Assembly (NCBI GenBank): GCA_963721805.1
Contig: CAVRJY010000001.1
Location: 672,001 to 736,000 of the forward strand
Origin: Nitrospirota bacterium
GTDB taxonomy: Bacteria > Nitrospirota > Thermodesulfovibrionia > Thermodesulfovibrionales > JdFR-86
DNA: 64,000 nucleotides
Direction of reading: 5' to 3'
The notes beneath the pieces were generated by a model, which had not been told where the DNA came from, made no database searches, and worked only from the letters and a program-made list of their open reading frames with translations. Position 1 is the stretch's first letter; every line of letters begins with the position of its first letter. Below are positions 1-18,105 of the stretch, in pieces. Position numbers and translations under genes: made by a program.

Positions 1-93
1 AACATTAAGAGTAATATGTATGTTTTTAACCATCAAGGATGGTTTCTACCAAGAACTGGATTGGCATACTTGTTAAAAAGGAAGTCAGAATAA
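1..93 (+). CDS. 3' end of an AT-rich hypothetical gene (runs off the window); probable homolog of 61701..62705
   Basis: Frame 1 reads NIKSNMYVFNHQGWFLPRTGLAYLLKRKSE*. The terminal W-x-LP-xx-G-xx-Y motif matches the C-terminus of 61701..62705 (NEWLLPNSGVVY). Confidence 0.6.
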   Translation, partial: NIKSNMYVFNHQGWFLPRTGLAYLLKRKSE

Positions 94-151
94 TTGAATC
101 AAAATGGGATGATTCTATAAATCGTGTACGCGCGAGCAACTATTTATATAA

Positions 152-328
152 GCCGTTGACCTTGGGGGCGCGGGGGTCCAGCGGCTGTGCCGCGTCTAAC
201 CCCCGAAAGCGCGGCCAAATCGTCTTCAGACTAGGAATGACGAGCAGACCGACCGGAGGCGTATATGGACATACGTTGAGGATCGGGCTGCGAGACGTGA
301 CGCAGTATCAAGCGATTTGGAGCGCTTT
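152..328 (+). repeat. Long-hairpin interspersed repeat, copy 1
   Basis: GCCGTTGACC start; AAAGCGC..CCAAATCG / CGATTTGG..GCGCTTT outer stem; TCAGACTAGG and ACGCAGTATCA motifs; apical CGTAT-N6-ATACG. Confidence 0.95.
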
Positions 329-330
329 AA

Positions 331-897
331 TTAAACCCTCAGTTTTAATGAATAACCTTTTCTACTTGCGATCTCATCGAGGATCGCATGGAGGATCGAG
401 GATTTCCTTCGCACCTCGCACCTGTAGGCTTCCACCCTCGCCCTGGTCATCGCCTCGATCAGCTCGTCGACCGAAAGGACCGCGGCCGCGATGCAGTAAT
501 AAACCTTCGAGCGGCCCTCGTCAAAGCTGCGCAGCATCTCATTGAGCATCTGCTCCTTCGCCTGCTGATCTCTCTCGAATTTCTTGATGCCGATCTCATC
601 TATTAGGGCCAGGTCGGCTTCGAGCGTCTGGCAGCACCTGAACGTATCATGCTGTTTTGCTTTTTCTCGGTGCTTCTTCCATCTCTCACAGGCCCCGCTC
701 TCGTCGCAGTCCCAGCAAAACGCGATCCCCTTTTCCTTAACCGCACAGGTTATGAATGGGCATCCTATCGCCACGCGGGACTTGCTCTTGCACCCCTCGC
801 ACTTTTCTTTCCCTTCGGTATGATACCGGGGACAGAGCCTGCATGAAAAACCGCATATCCCTATCTCGGGGTATTTTATCTCAGTGGCTCTACGCAT
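331..897 (-). CDS. DUF3795-family Cys-rich metal-binding protein
   Basis: CGFSCRLCP, CEGCK, CPFITC, CWDC..C cysteine pattern; 188 aa; TGtTAAGAT -10 lies 5 nt upstream of the ATG. Confidence 0.75.
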   Translation of the reverse strand: MRRATEIKYPEIGICGFSCRLCPRYHTEGKEKCEGCKSKSRVAIGCPFITCAVKEKGIAFCWDCDESGACERWKKHREKAKQHDTFRCCQTLEADLALIDEIGIKKFERDQQAKEQMLNEMLRSFDEGRSKVYYCIAAAVLSVDELIEAMTRARVEAYRCEVRRKSSILHAILDEIASRKGYSLKLRV

Positions 898-950
898 CGG
901 ATATCTTAACAGATAGAAAACCAGTTTACGTACCGCGCATTCAAATCAAA

Positions 951-1121
951 GCCGTTGACCTTGGGGGCGCGGGGGGCGCCATTTTTACTTGCCCCCCGAA
1001 AGCGCGCCCAAATCGGCTTCAGACAAGGCAGGACGAGAAGACCGCCCGATGGTGTACTGAGACGTACATAGAGGGCGAGTCTTCGATGCCCAACGACGTA
1101 TCAAGCGATTTGGAGCGCTTT
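951..1121 (+). repeat. Long-hairpin interspersed repeat, copy 2
   Basis: Same termini and stems as copy 1; inner arm GAAGACCGCCC..GTAC-N6-GTAC..GGGCGAGTCTTC. Confidence 0.95.
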
Positions 1122-1156
1122 AAAGATAACGCCCGAAATAGTATAATTGCTCCACT

Positions 1157-3718
1157 ATGCCTGAGCAGAACTCAACCCCTTTGATGAAGCAGTACAATGA
1201 GATCAAGGAGCGCCACCGCGACGCTATCCTGCTGTTTAGGCTCGGGGATTTCTACGAGATGTTCGGCGACGATGCTAAGGTCGCATCTAAGGTCCTGCAG
1301 ATCGCGCTCACCTCGAGAGACAAAAACAAGGAGCACCCGGTGCCGATGTGCGGCATACCGTACTTCGCTGCCGAGGGCTACATAGCCAAGCTCATACACG
1401 CGGGCCACAAGGTCGCGGTATGCGAGCAGGTCGAGGACCCCAAGGACGCCAAGGGCATCGTCAGGCGCGAGGTCATCCGCGTCATCACGCCCGGCACCCA
1501 CACGCCCGAGTCGCCGAAGGAGAACAACTACGCGCTCGCTTTTTATCCGGCAGGGGAGGGCCACGGCATCGCCGCGGCGGACGTGTCGACTGGCGAGTTC
1601 ATCGTATACGAGACCTCACGCCCGCTTGAGGACGAGCTTGCGAGGCTCGCCCCGTCCGAGGTCCTGGTGATGGAGGGCCTCGGCGGCGACATCCACTACT
1701 CCGAGGCGCTCGATGGCTACCACATCTCACCGGTAAGCGACTGGAAGTTCGACTACCCGGACGCCTACCGCACGCTCTTGCAGTACTTCCGCGTCAGTTC
1801 GCTCGAGGGTTTCGGCTGCGAGGGGATGCGCGCCGCGATCTCCGCCGCCGGGGCGCTGCTTGGGTATCTGAGCGAGGCCCAGCGCGGCGCGCTCGGGTTT
1901 CGGAAGCTTACGCCGCTTAATCAGGCTGACTATATGTTCCTCGACTCCCAGACGCAGCGCAACCTCGAACTCCTGCGCACCTTAAAAGACGGCGGCCACG
2001 AGGGCAGCCTGCTCTGGGCGCTCGACGAGACGCTGACCCCGATGGGCGGCAGGCTTATGCGCAGCGCGGTGGTCAGGCCTCTGATCAATGCCGATCAGAT
2101 AAAGAGACGGCAGGGCGCTGTGAGCCAGATCATAGAGGACTACGAGCTCTCGGACGCGCTGAGGAAGGGTTTCCGCAACATACAGGACATCGAGCGGCTC
2201 GCGCAGCGCATCGCCTCCGGGGCGGCCAACGCGCGTGACCTCGTCGCGCTCAAGCTCTCGGTATCCTACCTTCCCGATATCGCGGCCGCACTCGATGCCG
2301 CGCCGGATCAGTTCCTTAAGGATCTCCGTAAGGGCATCCCGGATTTCACCTCCATGCGCGAGCTAGTCGGCAAGGCGATAGTCGACCACCCGCCGATACC
2401 GCTTCGGGAGGGCGGCATCATCCGCGAGGGCCATAACGCCGAACTCGACGAGCTCCGCTCGATCTCCGTAACCGCCAAGGACGTTATAGCGCGCATCGAG
2501 ACCGAGGAGAGGAAGGCCACCGGGATCAACTCGCTGAAGGTCGGGTTCAACCGGGTATTCGGCTATTACATCGAGGTCACGAAGCCGAACCTCCCGCAGG
2601 TGCCGGAGCGGTATATCAGAAAGCAGACGCTCGTAAGCGGCGAGCGGTTCATCACGCCGGAGCTCAAGGAATACGAGGAGAAGGTCCTCGGCGCGGAGGA
2701 GCGGATCAAGGCCATCGAATACAGGCTGTTTACCGAGGTGCTCGACAAGTGCCGGGCCTCGGTGCCCGCGCTGCTCGACGCGGCGGCCTCGGTGGCGCAG
2801 GCGGATTTCCTCGTATCGCTCGCCGTATCGGCCAAGCGGCATAATTATGTGATGCCCACGGTCGACGAGGGCGAGGCGATAGAGATACAAAACGGCCGCC
2901 ACCCCGTGCTCGAGCGCTTGTCATTGGGCGAGCGGTTCATCCCGAATGACACGCAGATGGACATGGAATCGGCGCGCGTGCTCGTGATAACCGGCCCGAA
3001 CATGGCCGGGAAGTCCACGTACATGAGGCAGGTCGCGCTCGCGGTCCTGATGGCCCAGATCGGCGGCGGAGTGCCTGCCGAGGCCGCGCGCATAGGCATC
3101 GTGGATCGCATATTCACGCGCATCGGGGCCTCCGATTTTCTTACCAAGGGCCAGAGCACCTTCATGGTCGAGATGATAGAGACCGCGAATATACTAAATA
3201 ACGCCACGGCGCGGAGCCTCGTCATACTCGACGAGGTAGGGCGCGGCACGAGCACCTTTGACGGGATCAGCATCGCGTGGGCCGCGGCCGAACACATAGC
3301 ATCCACTATAGGCGCGCGCACGCTCTTCGCCACCCACTATAACGAGCTTACGGAACTCGCGCATATAGTTGAAGGCGTGCGCAACCTCAACATAGCGGTG
3401 CGCGAGTGGGGCGAGGAGATCATATTCCTTAGGAAGATCGAGCCCGGCCCGGCGGACAAGAGCTACGGCATACAGGTGGCAAGGCTCGCCGGGCTCCCGG
3501 CCGAGGTGCTCACGGCCGCCAGGGCTGTGCTTGAACGTTTAGAGAAGCGCCAGCGCGGGGAGTACGCCTCAAAGAACATCCGCCAGCTCGACCTCTTCGG
3601 GCAGGAGGCCGACCCCATAGAGCAGGAGCTTGCGAAGCTCGACCTCACGGGGCTCTCGGGCGAGGACGCGCTTAGTAAACTCGCCAGACTTAAGGCCCTA
3701 TACGCCAAGGGCGCGTAG
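1157..3718 (+). CDS. mutS: DNA mismatch repair protein MutS
   Basis: TPLMKQY..RLGDFYEMF N-terminus, TGPNMAGKST Walker A, LDEVGRGTST, FATHY, SYGIQVA; 853 aa. Confidence 0.98.
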   Translation: MPEQNSTPLMKQYNEIKERHRDAILLFRLGDFYEMFGDDAKVASKVLQIALTSRDKNKEHPVPMCGIPYFAAEGYIAKLIHAGHKVAVCEQVEDPKDAKGIVRREVIRVITPGTHTPESPKENNYALAFYPAGEGHGIAAADVSTGEFIVYETSRPLEDELARLAPSEVLVMEGLGGDIHYSEALDGYHISPVSDWKFDYPDAYRTLLQYFRVSSLEGFGCEGMRAAISAAGALLGYLSEAQRGALGFRKLTPLNQADYMFLDSQTQRNLELLRTLKDGGHEGSLLWALDETLTPMGGRLMRSAVVRPLINADQIKRRQGAVSQIIEDYELSDALRKGFRNIQDIERLAQRIASGAANARDLVALKLSVSYLPDIAAALDAAPDQFLKDLRKGIPDFTSMRELVGKAIVDHPPIPLREGGIIREGHNAELDELRSISVTAKDVIARIETEERKATGINSLKVGFNRVFGYYIEVTKPNLPQVPERYIRKQTLVSGERFITPELKEYEEKVLGAEERIKAIEYRLFTEVLDKCRASVPALLDAAASVAQADFLVSLAVSAKRHNYVMPTVDEGEAIEIQNGRHPVLERLSLGERFIPNDTQMDMESARVLVITGPNMAGKSTYMRQVALAVLMAQIGGGVPAEAARIGIVDRIFTRIGASDFLTKGQSTFMVEMIETANILNNATARSLVILDEVGRGTSTFDGISIAWAAAEHIASTIGARTLFATHYNELTELAHIVEGVRNLNIAVREWGEEIIFLRKIEPGPADKSYGIQVARLAGLPAEVLTAARAVLERLEKRQRGEYASKNIRQLDLFGQEADPIEQELAKLDLTGLSGEDALSKLARLKALYAKGA

Positions 3719-3795
3719 GCGGTTGATATTTTATCTGGTTTAGGCTATAGTGCTCTATACCGGCATTTCAAGACCAATTGGGAGGTAAGTAAAAA

Positions 3796-4182
3796 ATGTA
3801 TCCTGACGACCTGAAGTACCACAAAGAGCACACGTGGATACGTGTCTCCGGCAAGAAGGGGACCATCGGAATCACCCACTACGCGCAGCAGTCCCTCGGC
3901 GACATCGTCTACCTCGACGTGCCCGAGGTGGACACGAACATAGAGGCCAACACGGAGTTCTCCGAGGTCGAGTCGACGAAGGCCACCTCGTCCATAATAG
4001 CCCCGGCCAGCGGGACGATCATCGAGGTCAACGAGGACCTCGGCGACACGCCCGAGATCATCAACGAGGACCCGTACGGCAAGGGCTGGATCGCGGTCAT
4101 CGAGCTCAGCAACGAGGGCGAACTCGCCAACCTGCTTGACGCCTCCGACTATGAGAAGCTCGTGGCGGAAGAGTCCAAATGA
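3796..4182 (+). CDS. gcvH: Glycine cleavage system H protein
   Basis: YPDDLKY..EHTW, GITHYAQQSLGDIV, ESTKA lipoyl-lysine motif, INEDPYGKGW; GGAGG SD. Confidence 0.95.
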   Translation: MYPDDLKYHKEHTWIRVSGKKGTIGITHYAQQSLGDIVYLDVPEVDTNIEANTEFSEVESTKATSSIIAPASGTIIEVNEDLGDTPEIINEDPYGKGWIAVIELSNEGELANLLDASDYEKLVAEESK

Positions 4183-5533
4183 GGCTGACCGTAATCGGGG
4201 CAGGCCCCGGAGGATACGTCGCCGCGCTTAAGGCCGCACAGCTCGGCGCACAGGTAACAGTCATAGAGGACACCGAGGTCGGCGGGACCTGCCTGAACCG
4301 CGGCTGCATACCGACGAAGGCCCTGCTTGCTTCCGTCGAGGCGTTCCACCAGGCGAAGAACATAGCCGACTTCGGCATCGAGTTCAGCGGCACGCTCACG
4401 CCGAACCTCCAGAAGATCATGGACCGCAAGAACAAGGTCGTCGACGTGCAGGTCAAGGGCATACGCGGCCTGTTTAAAAGCTGGGGCGTCACGCTCATCG
4501 AGGGCAGGGGCAAGCTCACGAGCCCCAATACGATAGAGGTCACGAAGAAAGACGGCGGTATCGAGAAGCTCGACACCGAAAAGACTATCATCGCTACCGG
4601 CTCCCGCCCGGCCCGCATCCCGACGTTCCCCTTCGACGGCAAGAACATACTTAGCAGCGACGACGCGCCTGAAGCTCACCGAGATCCCAAAGAGCATCCT
4701 CATCGTCGGCGCCGGAGTCATCGGCTGCGAGTGGGGCTGCATCCTGCGCGAACTCGGCACCGAGGTCACGATGGTCGAGATGCTGCCAAGGTGCATAGCC
4801 ACCGAGGACATGGAGATCTCCGAGACCATGGCCAAGGAGCTAAAGAAAAAGAAGATAAAGCTCCTTACCGGAGTGGGCGCGCAGAAGGTCACGATCGAGG
4901 CCGACGGCGTCCATGCGATGCTCAGCGACGGCAAGGAACTGGTAGCCGAGAAGATGCTCGTCTCTATCGGAAGGTCGCTGAACTCCGAGAACCTCGGGCT
5001 CGATGCGGCAGGCGTGGCGCAGGGCGCCCGCGGCTCTATCACAGTGGACGACCACATGCAGACGAACGTGCCGGGCATATACGCCATCGGCGACGTAAGC
5101 GGCGGGATCATGCTCGCGCATACGGCCTCAACCGGCGGGCTCGTCGCGGCGACCAACCTGATGGGCGGCGACAAGCGCATGGACCTCTCGTGCGTGGCGG
5201 CCGCGATATTCACCTCACCGGAGATCGCCTCCGTCGGGCTGCGCGAGTTTCAGGCCGAGGAGCGCGGGATCAAGGTCAAGACCGGGCATTTCCAGTACCG
5301 CGCGCTCGGCAAGGCCCACGCGATGGGCGAGATATCCGGGTTCTTCAAGCTCGTTGCGGACGCCTCGACGGACAAGCTCTTGGGCGCGCACATCATCGGC
5401 GCGCACGCGGCCGACATCATCCACGAGGCCGCGCTCGGCATCCACATGGGCCTGAAGGCTGCGGACATCGCCGAGACGATCCACGCGCACCCCACGCTCT
5501 CAGAAGGACTAATGGAGGCGGCCGAGGACGTCC

Positions 5534-8521
<2,988 letters not shown>

Positions 8522-8553
8522 CACTCCGCCGCAACTCCCTTAAGACAGCCCGC

Positions 8554-9414
8554 CTAGCGCCGGCGCGCCCTGAAGGCCGAGATCGCGTTTGATATCAGCG
8601 GCAGCGCATTCGTCGCGGCCCTCTCGCCTTCGAGTATCGCCTCGTTGCGCCTCGTGAAGTCCGAAGACGGTATGTTCCCGACGTCCGGCCTGATCACGAC
8701 GTCCGCGCGGCTGAGCTGCCCGGCCGAAAGCCTCGAGTACATGATGCCTATCGACTGGAGTATCGTATCGACCATGCCGGTCGGCTTCGCGGCGTCACGG
8801 TCCGGCGAGATGTCCACCGCGATAACTACGTCGGCCCCGAGCCTGCGTGCGGCGTCCACCGCTACGGGGCTCACCACGCCGCCGTCCACGTACAGACGGC
8901 CCCCGACGGGCGCGGGCGGGTATATGCCGGGGATCGCGCAGCTTGCCCTGACGGCGGCCCCGGCGTCTCCGCTCGTAAAGACGTGCTCCTCGCCGGTCTG
9001 GATGTCCGTGGCCACCGCGGCGAAAGGTATCCTGAAGCGCTCTATCGGGGTGTTGTTGACGGCCTTGTTAAAATACTTCTCTATCAGATCGCCCTTGACT
9101 ATGCCGCCGGAGCCGAAGATCGAGAACTCGGCGAGTTGCGAGCGCTGCATGCCGAGCGCCATCTTCTGGAGGTCGTATGCGCTTATGCCGTATGCGTAGA
9201 GCCCTCCGGCGAAGCTCCCGGCGCTCGTCCCCACGATCAGATCGATAGGGACCTTCCGGGCCTCCAGCACCTTCAGCACCCCTATGTGCGCAAACCCGCG
9301 CGCCGCGCCGCCTCCGAGCACCACCGCGACCTTCGGCTCGCGCGGCGGCTTCGTCGGCGCGCACGCTGCGACGAACGCCAGCATCATCATCAGGGCTATG
9401 AGTTTGTTGAGCAT
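8554..9414 (-). CDS. Patatin-like phospholipase (lipoprotein)
   Basis: GGGAARG, GTSAG, DGG motifs; signal peptide with VAAC lipobox. Confidence 0.92.
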   Translation of the reverse strand: MLNKLIALMMMLAFVAACAPTKPPREPKVAVVLGGGAARGFAHIGVLKVLEARKVPIDLIVGTSAGSFAGGLYAYGISAYDLQKMALGMQRSQLAEFSIFGSGGIVKGDLIEKYFNKAVNNTPIERFRIPFAAVATDIQTGEEHVFTSGDAGAAVRASCAIPGIYPPAPVGGRLYVDGGVVSPVAVDAARRLGADVVIAVDISPDRDAAKPTGMVDTILQSIGIMYSRLSAGQLSRADVVIRPDVGNIPSSDFTRRNEAILEGERAATNALPLISNAISAFRARRR

Positions 9415-9418
9415 TGCG

Positions 9419-10198
9419 CTATCCCTTCCGTTCGAAAAGTTTGGCCGAGAGCGCGACGAACGCGAGCGTCGAGACCGCCATCACGAGCAGGTCGACCCAG
9501 AACGGGATGTCCGGAGCCATCGGGCCTGAGGCCACCGGCGTTATCAGGTGCTTCAGGCCGTCGACCCCGTAAGTGAGCGGGTTGATCGTGGTCGCTAGGC
9601 GAAGCGGCGCCGGCAGGAGTTTTAGCGGGTACATCGCCCCCGAGAGGAAGAACATCGGCATCACGATGAAGTTCATGATCACGCTGAAGCTCTCGTAGCT
9701 GTCATAAAACGTCGCGAGCACGATCCCGAAGGCCGAGATGCAGAACGAGACGAGCATGCACAGCAGCACTACCTCTATGACCGTAAGCGGGCTGAGCGAG
9801 ATCCCTAAAAACGGAAACAGCATCAGGATGATCAGCGCCTGGATAGTCGAGACGACCGTGCCGCTTAAGGCCTTGCCGACGACGACCGATACGCGCGAGA
9901 CCGGCGCAACGAGTATCTCCTTCATAAACCCGAACTCCTTGTCCCAGATTATCGAGATCGAGGAGAAGATAGAGCTAAACAGTATCGTCATCCCCAGTAT
10001 GCCGGGGAACATGAACTGCGTGTAAGTGACGCCCTGCACCGTGCCAACGAGCCTGCTCATCCCCGCGCCTACGAGAAACAGCCATATGAGCGGACGGGCG
10101 AGCGATGCGACAAGGCGGCTCCGCTCGCGGACGAACTTCTTGAACTCGCGCGCGACGAGGACGTATACGACCCTCAGCTCCGACACGTTACCCGCCAC
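9419..10198 (-). CDS. ABC-2 type exporter permease (DrrB-like)
   Basis: Multiple TM segments, DKEFGFMKEILVAP, FFLSGAMYP, NPLTYGVD. Confidence 0.9.
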   Translation of the reverse strand: MAGNVSELRVVYVLVAREFKKFVRERSRLVASLARPLIWLFLVGAGMSRLVGTVQGVTYTQFMFPGILGMTILFSSIFSSISIIWDKEFGFMKEILVAPVSRVSVVVGKALSGTVVSTIQALIILMLFPFLGISLSPLTVIEVVLLCMLVSFCISAFGIVLATFYDSYESFSVIMNFIVMPMFFLSGAMYPLKLLPAPLRLATTINPLTYGVDGLKHLITPVASGPMAPDIPFWVDLLVMAVSTLAFVALSAKLFERKG

Positions 10199-11177
10199 CC
10201 GTGCGCCTCCTGTATGCCCTGACCTCGCCCTTTATGTTGTCCATCCCGTTTTGTTCCTCGTCCCTGATCGCCTTGCCGGTATGCGCGAGGAAGACGTCGT
10301 TTAGCGTGGGCCGCTCCAGCCGTATCGATATGACGGAATCCCCCAGCGCCCGGATGAGCTCGGGGATACAGCGGTCGCCGCGCTGGGCCTTGATGTATAT
10401 GTCCTTGCCCCTGAGTTCGCCCTCGATCTTAAGCGCGGCTAATGTCTTTACCGCCTCGGCGTTGTCCGCGGCGCGCAGGTATACGACGTCGCCCCCGATG
10501 GACTTCTTCAGCTCGTCCGGCGAGCCCTCCAGCACGATCCTGCCCTTGTCGATGATCGCGATGCGGTTGCAGACCTCGGCCTCTTCCATGTAATGCGTGG
10601 TCATGAACACGGTCATCCTGTGGCGCGCGGGAAGCTCGGTGATGAACTCCCAGAGGTTCGCGCGGCTCTGGGGGTCCAATCCGAGCGTCGGCTCGTCGAG
10701 GAATAATACGCGCGGCCGGTGGATCATCCCCCGCGCGATCTCGAGCCTTCGCTTCATGCCGCCCGAGAACTTCTTTACTAAGTCGTCGCGGCGGTCCTGG
10801 AGCTGCACGAACCCCAGCGCATCGCCCACGCGCTCCTTGATCTCGCGCCGGGGCACCCCGTACAGATATGCGTGAAACGCGAGGTTCTCGTATGCGGTCA
10901 GGTCCTTATCGAGTGTCGTGTCCTGAAACACGATCCCGATGGACCTGCGCACCTGCGATGGCTCCTGCATGCAGTCGTGGCCGTCTATCGAGGCGCTCCC
11001 GGAGGTCGGCGCAAGCAGGGTGCAGAGGATGTTGATCGTCGTGGTCTTGCCCGCGCCGTTTGGGCCGAGGAAGCCGAATATCGTGCCCTCCTCGACATTG
11101 AACGAGACGTCGTCGACCGCGGTGATCCCGCCGAAACGCTTGGAGAGGTGCTCGACCGATATTACGTTTTGAGCCAT
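10188..11177 (-). CDS. ABC exporter ATP-binding protein (DrrA-like)
   Basis: GPNGAGKTT, FSGGMKRR, LFLDEPT. Confidence 0.93.
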   Translation of the reverse strand: MAQNVISVEHLSKRFGGITAVDDVSFNVEEGTIFGFLGPNGAGKTTTINILCTLLAPTSGSASIDGHDCMQEPSQVRRSIGIVFQDTTLDKDLTAYENLAFHAYLYGVPRREIKERVGDALGFVQLQDRRDDLVKKFSGGMKRRLEIARGMIHRPRVLFLDEPTLGLDPQSRANLWEFITELPARHRMTVFMTTHYMEEAEVCNRIAIIDKGRIVLEGSPDELKKSIGGDVVYLRAADNAEAVKTLAALKIEGELRGKDIYIKAQRGDRCIPELIRALGDSVISIRLERPTLNDVFLAHTGKAIRDEEQNGMDNIKGEVRAYRRRTGGG

Positions 11178-11211
11178 TGTTTGATTATAACAGAGGGGGG
11201 CCAGTCGGCCC

Positions 11212-12087
11212 CTACGAGGTGAGGATGTTCAGGATCTCCTGATACCTGCGAGCGGTCTTCTCTATGATCTCGGGCGGGAGCTCCGGGCCGGGATACTGCT
11301 TGTTCCAGTCGAGCGTAAGCAGGTAGTCGCGGACGATCTGCTTGTCGTAGCTGTCCTGGGCACGGCCGGGCTTGTACCCGCTCGCGGACCAGAAGCGCGA
11401 GGAGTCCGGCGTGAGTATCTCGTCTATCAGTATGAGCTGGCCGTTGTGCGTGCCGAACTCGAACTTCGTGTCAGCTACGATGATGCCCTTGTGCTCCGCG
11501 ATCTCTCTGGCCCTGCCGTATACGCGCAGGCTCAGCTCGCGCAATTTCGATGCGGCCTCCTCGCCCATCGACATCACTACCTCGCCGAAGGAGATGTTCT
11601 CGTCGTGGCCCTCCTCGGCCTTGGTCGAGGGGGTGAAGATCGGCTGGGGGAGCTTGCCGGATTCCTTGAGCCCGCGCGGAAGCGCGATGCCGCATACCGT
11701 GCCGTCCTTCTTGTACGACTGCCAGCCGCTGCCGGAGAGATACCCGCGCACGATGCACTCTATCGGGACTACCTTGGCCTTCTTCACGAGCAGGCTTCGG
11801 CCTTCCAGCATCTCGGAGTATTTCTGGAGGTTCTTGGGGAAATCGCGCACATCGGTTGCGACGATGTGGTTTCTTACGATCTCCTCCATCTGCCTAAACC
11901 AGAAGACCGAGATCGCGGTCAGGATCCTGCCCTTGTTGGGGATGCCGTCCGGGAGCACGACGTCGAAGGCCGAGAGGCGGTCCGTGACCACGAGCAGCAG
12001 GTGCTCGCCGAGGTCATAGATATCGCGGACTTTCCCGCGCCTGGGCGTCCCGATATCCGGCATCTCGGTCTTAAGTACAAGTTCCAT
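11212..12087 (-). CDS. purC: SAICAR synthetase
   Basis: [45 protein letters not shown]. Confidence 0.98.
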   Translation of the reverse strand: MELVLKTEMPDIGTPRRGKVRDIYDLGEHLLLVVTDRLSAFDVVLPDGIPNKGRILTAISVFWFRQMEEIVRNHIVATDVRDFPKNLQKYSEMLEGRSLLVKKAKVVPIECIVRGYLSGSGWQSYKKDGTVCGIALPRGLKESGKLPQPIFTPSTKAEEGHDENISFGEVVMSMGEEAASKLRELSLRVYGRAREIAEHKGIIVADTKFEFGTHNGQLILIDEILTPDSSRFWSASGYKPGRAQDSYDKQIVRDYLLTLDWNKQYPGPELPPEIIEKTARRYQEILNILTS

Positions 12088-12181
12088 CGGAAATATTATG
12101 TATCCCTGCCCCGCTGTTTGTAAAGCCGAGACGCGTGCTATAACGGACTATATTCCTGCCCGGCATGATATATTATCTCCC

Positions 12182-12964
12182 ATGCCGCCCGTCATCGAGC
12201 TAAAAGAGGTCACATGGATCGAGTCCGGCCGCCGGATACTCGACGCCATCTCGTGGCGTATCAGTCCCGGTGAGCACTGGGCGCTGCTCGGGCTTAACGG
12301 CTCAGGGAAGACCTCGCTTTTAAAGCTCATCTGCGGATATATCCCGCCTTCTTCGGGCACGCTAAGCATACTGGGAGATGAGTTCGGACAGGCCGACTGG
12401 CGCGAGGTAAGGCGGCGAATCGGGTTTGTGAGCTCCGCGCTTCAGGAGCGGCTCTATGGCGGCGAGACCGCGCTTGAGATAGTGCTAAGCGGCATCTATG
12501 CGACGATCGGCCTCTACGACACGCCCGAGCCGCGCGATATAAGGCATGCGAGGGCGACGCTTCGATCTCTCGGAGCGGGAAAGACCGCGGATCGGCCATA
12601 CTCAACGCTCTCGCAGGGCGAGCGCCAGCGCGTGCTGGTCGCACGCGCGCTGGCCGGAAGGCCAGGCATACTCATACTCGATGAGCCCTGCGAGGGGCTG
12701 GACATCATCAGCCGCGAGGGGCTGCTCCGCGCTATAGAATCCATCGCGAACGCAAAGCACGCGCCCGTGATGATATACGTCACTCACCGCGCCGAGGAGA
12801 TCACTCCGGCCTTCACCCATGCGCTCCTTCTGCGGGCCGGGCGCGTCCACCTCGCGGCCCCGACCCGCGATGCGCTCACGTCGAGGGCCATGACCGCGTT
12901 TCTTGAGACCCCGGCCGAGGTACATTGGCGGGGCCGGAGGCCCTTTATCTCACTGAAGGGCTAA
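12182..12964 (+). CDS. ABC transporter ATP-binding protein (ModF/YlmA-like)
   Basis: GLNGSGKT, LSQGE, ILDEP, YVTH; start placed at ATG 12182 after a TATTAT -10. Confidence 0.85.
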   Translation: MPPVIELKEVTWIESGRRILDAISWRISPGEHWALLGLNGSGKTSLLKLICGYIPPSSGTLSILGDEFGQADWREVRRRIGFVSSALQERLYGGETALEIVLSGIYATIGLYDTPEPRDIRHARATLRSLGAGKTADRPYSTLSQGERQRVLVARALAGRPGILILDEPCEGLDIISREGLLRAIESIANAKHAPVMIYVTHRAEEITPAFTHALLLRAGRVHLAAPTRDALTSRAMTAFLETPAEVHWRGRRPFISLKG

Positions 12965-13016
12965 CATGCTGGAAAAGCTCTGAATTTTCAATAGGTTGTG
13001 AATTAATCTACCCCGC

Positions 13017-13046
13017 TTGACATATATACCCTGGTTCATGGATAAT
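13017..13046 (+). promoter_or_regulatory. rRNA operon sigma70 promoter
   Basis: TTGACA-N18-GATAAT upstream of 16S; boxA-like TGCTCTTTGAAAA at 13180-13192. Confidence 0.7.
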
Positions 13047-13232
13047 GTATGCAGTTGTTCGGAAGAGAGCAGACTAAGTCTGACGGCTTGTGTCGCCTTA
13101 AATTCCGGTTGTTCTTTACAAGCGTGATCGCCCCATTCTCTTTTGGGCTTCATATTCGTTCCCGCGTTGGCGGGGCGGATGCTCTTTGAAAACTACAGCA
13201 GTAGGCATCCAGTCATTAAGTTTTGCAGGAAA

Positions 13233-14817
<1,585 letters not shown>

Positions 14818-14953
14818 ATGACTTCGGGTCTTCATGTCCCGACACATCCGGCGAAAACCAAGAAACACCGACTGTGATGCCTACTGCGTAGTTTTAATAG
14901 ATGTCTTATAGGGACGTCTTTTTGTTCTTTGAAAACAGAGGGAAGAAGAATAA

Positions 14954-18105
<3,152 letters not shown>

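Noticed and set aside
152..1121. CRISPR array or classical integron reading of the repeats
   Set aside because: The units are ~170 bp, dispersed and in both orientations. There are no cas or intI genes and no RYYYAAC/GTTRRRY cores.
756..1184. ORFs 39..545, 756..1184 and 51776..52222; the latter two share the peptide CPPKARPNRLQTRQ..TYIEGES
   Set aside because: The similarity comes from the DNA repeat. Other copies are read in different frames, and there are no consistent start signals.
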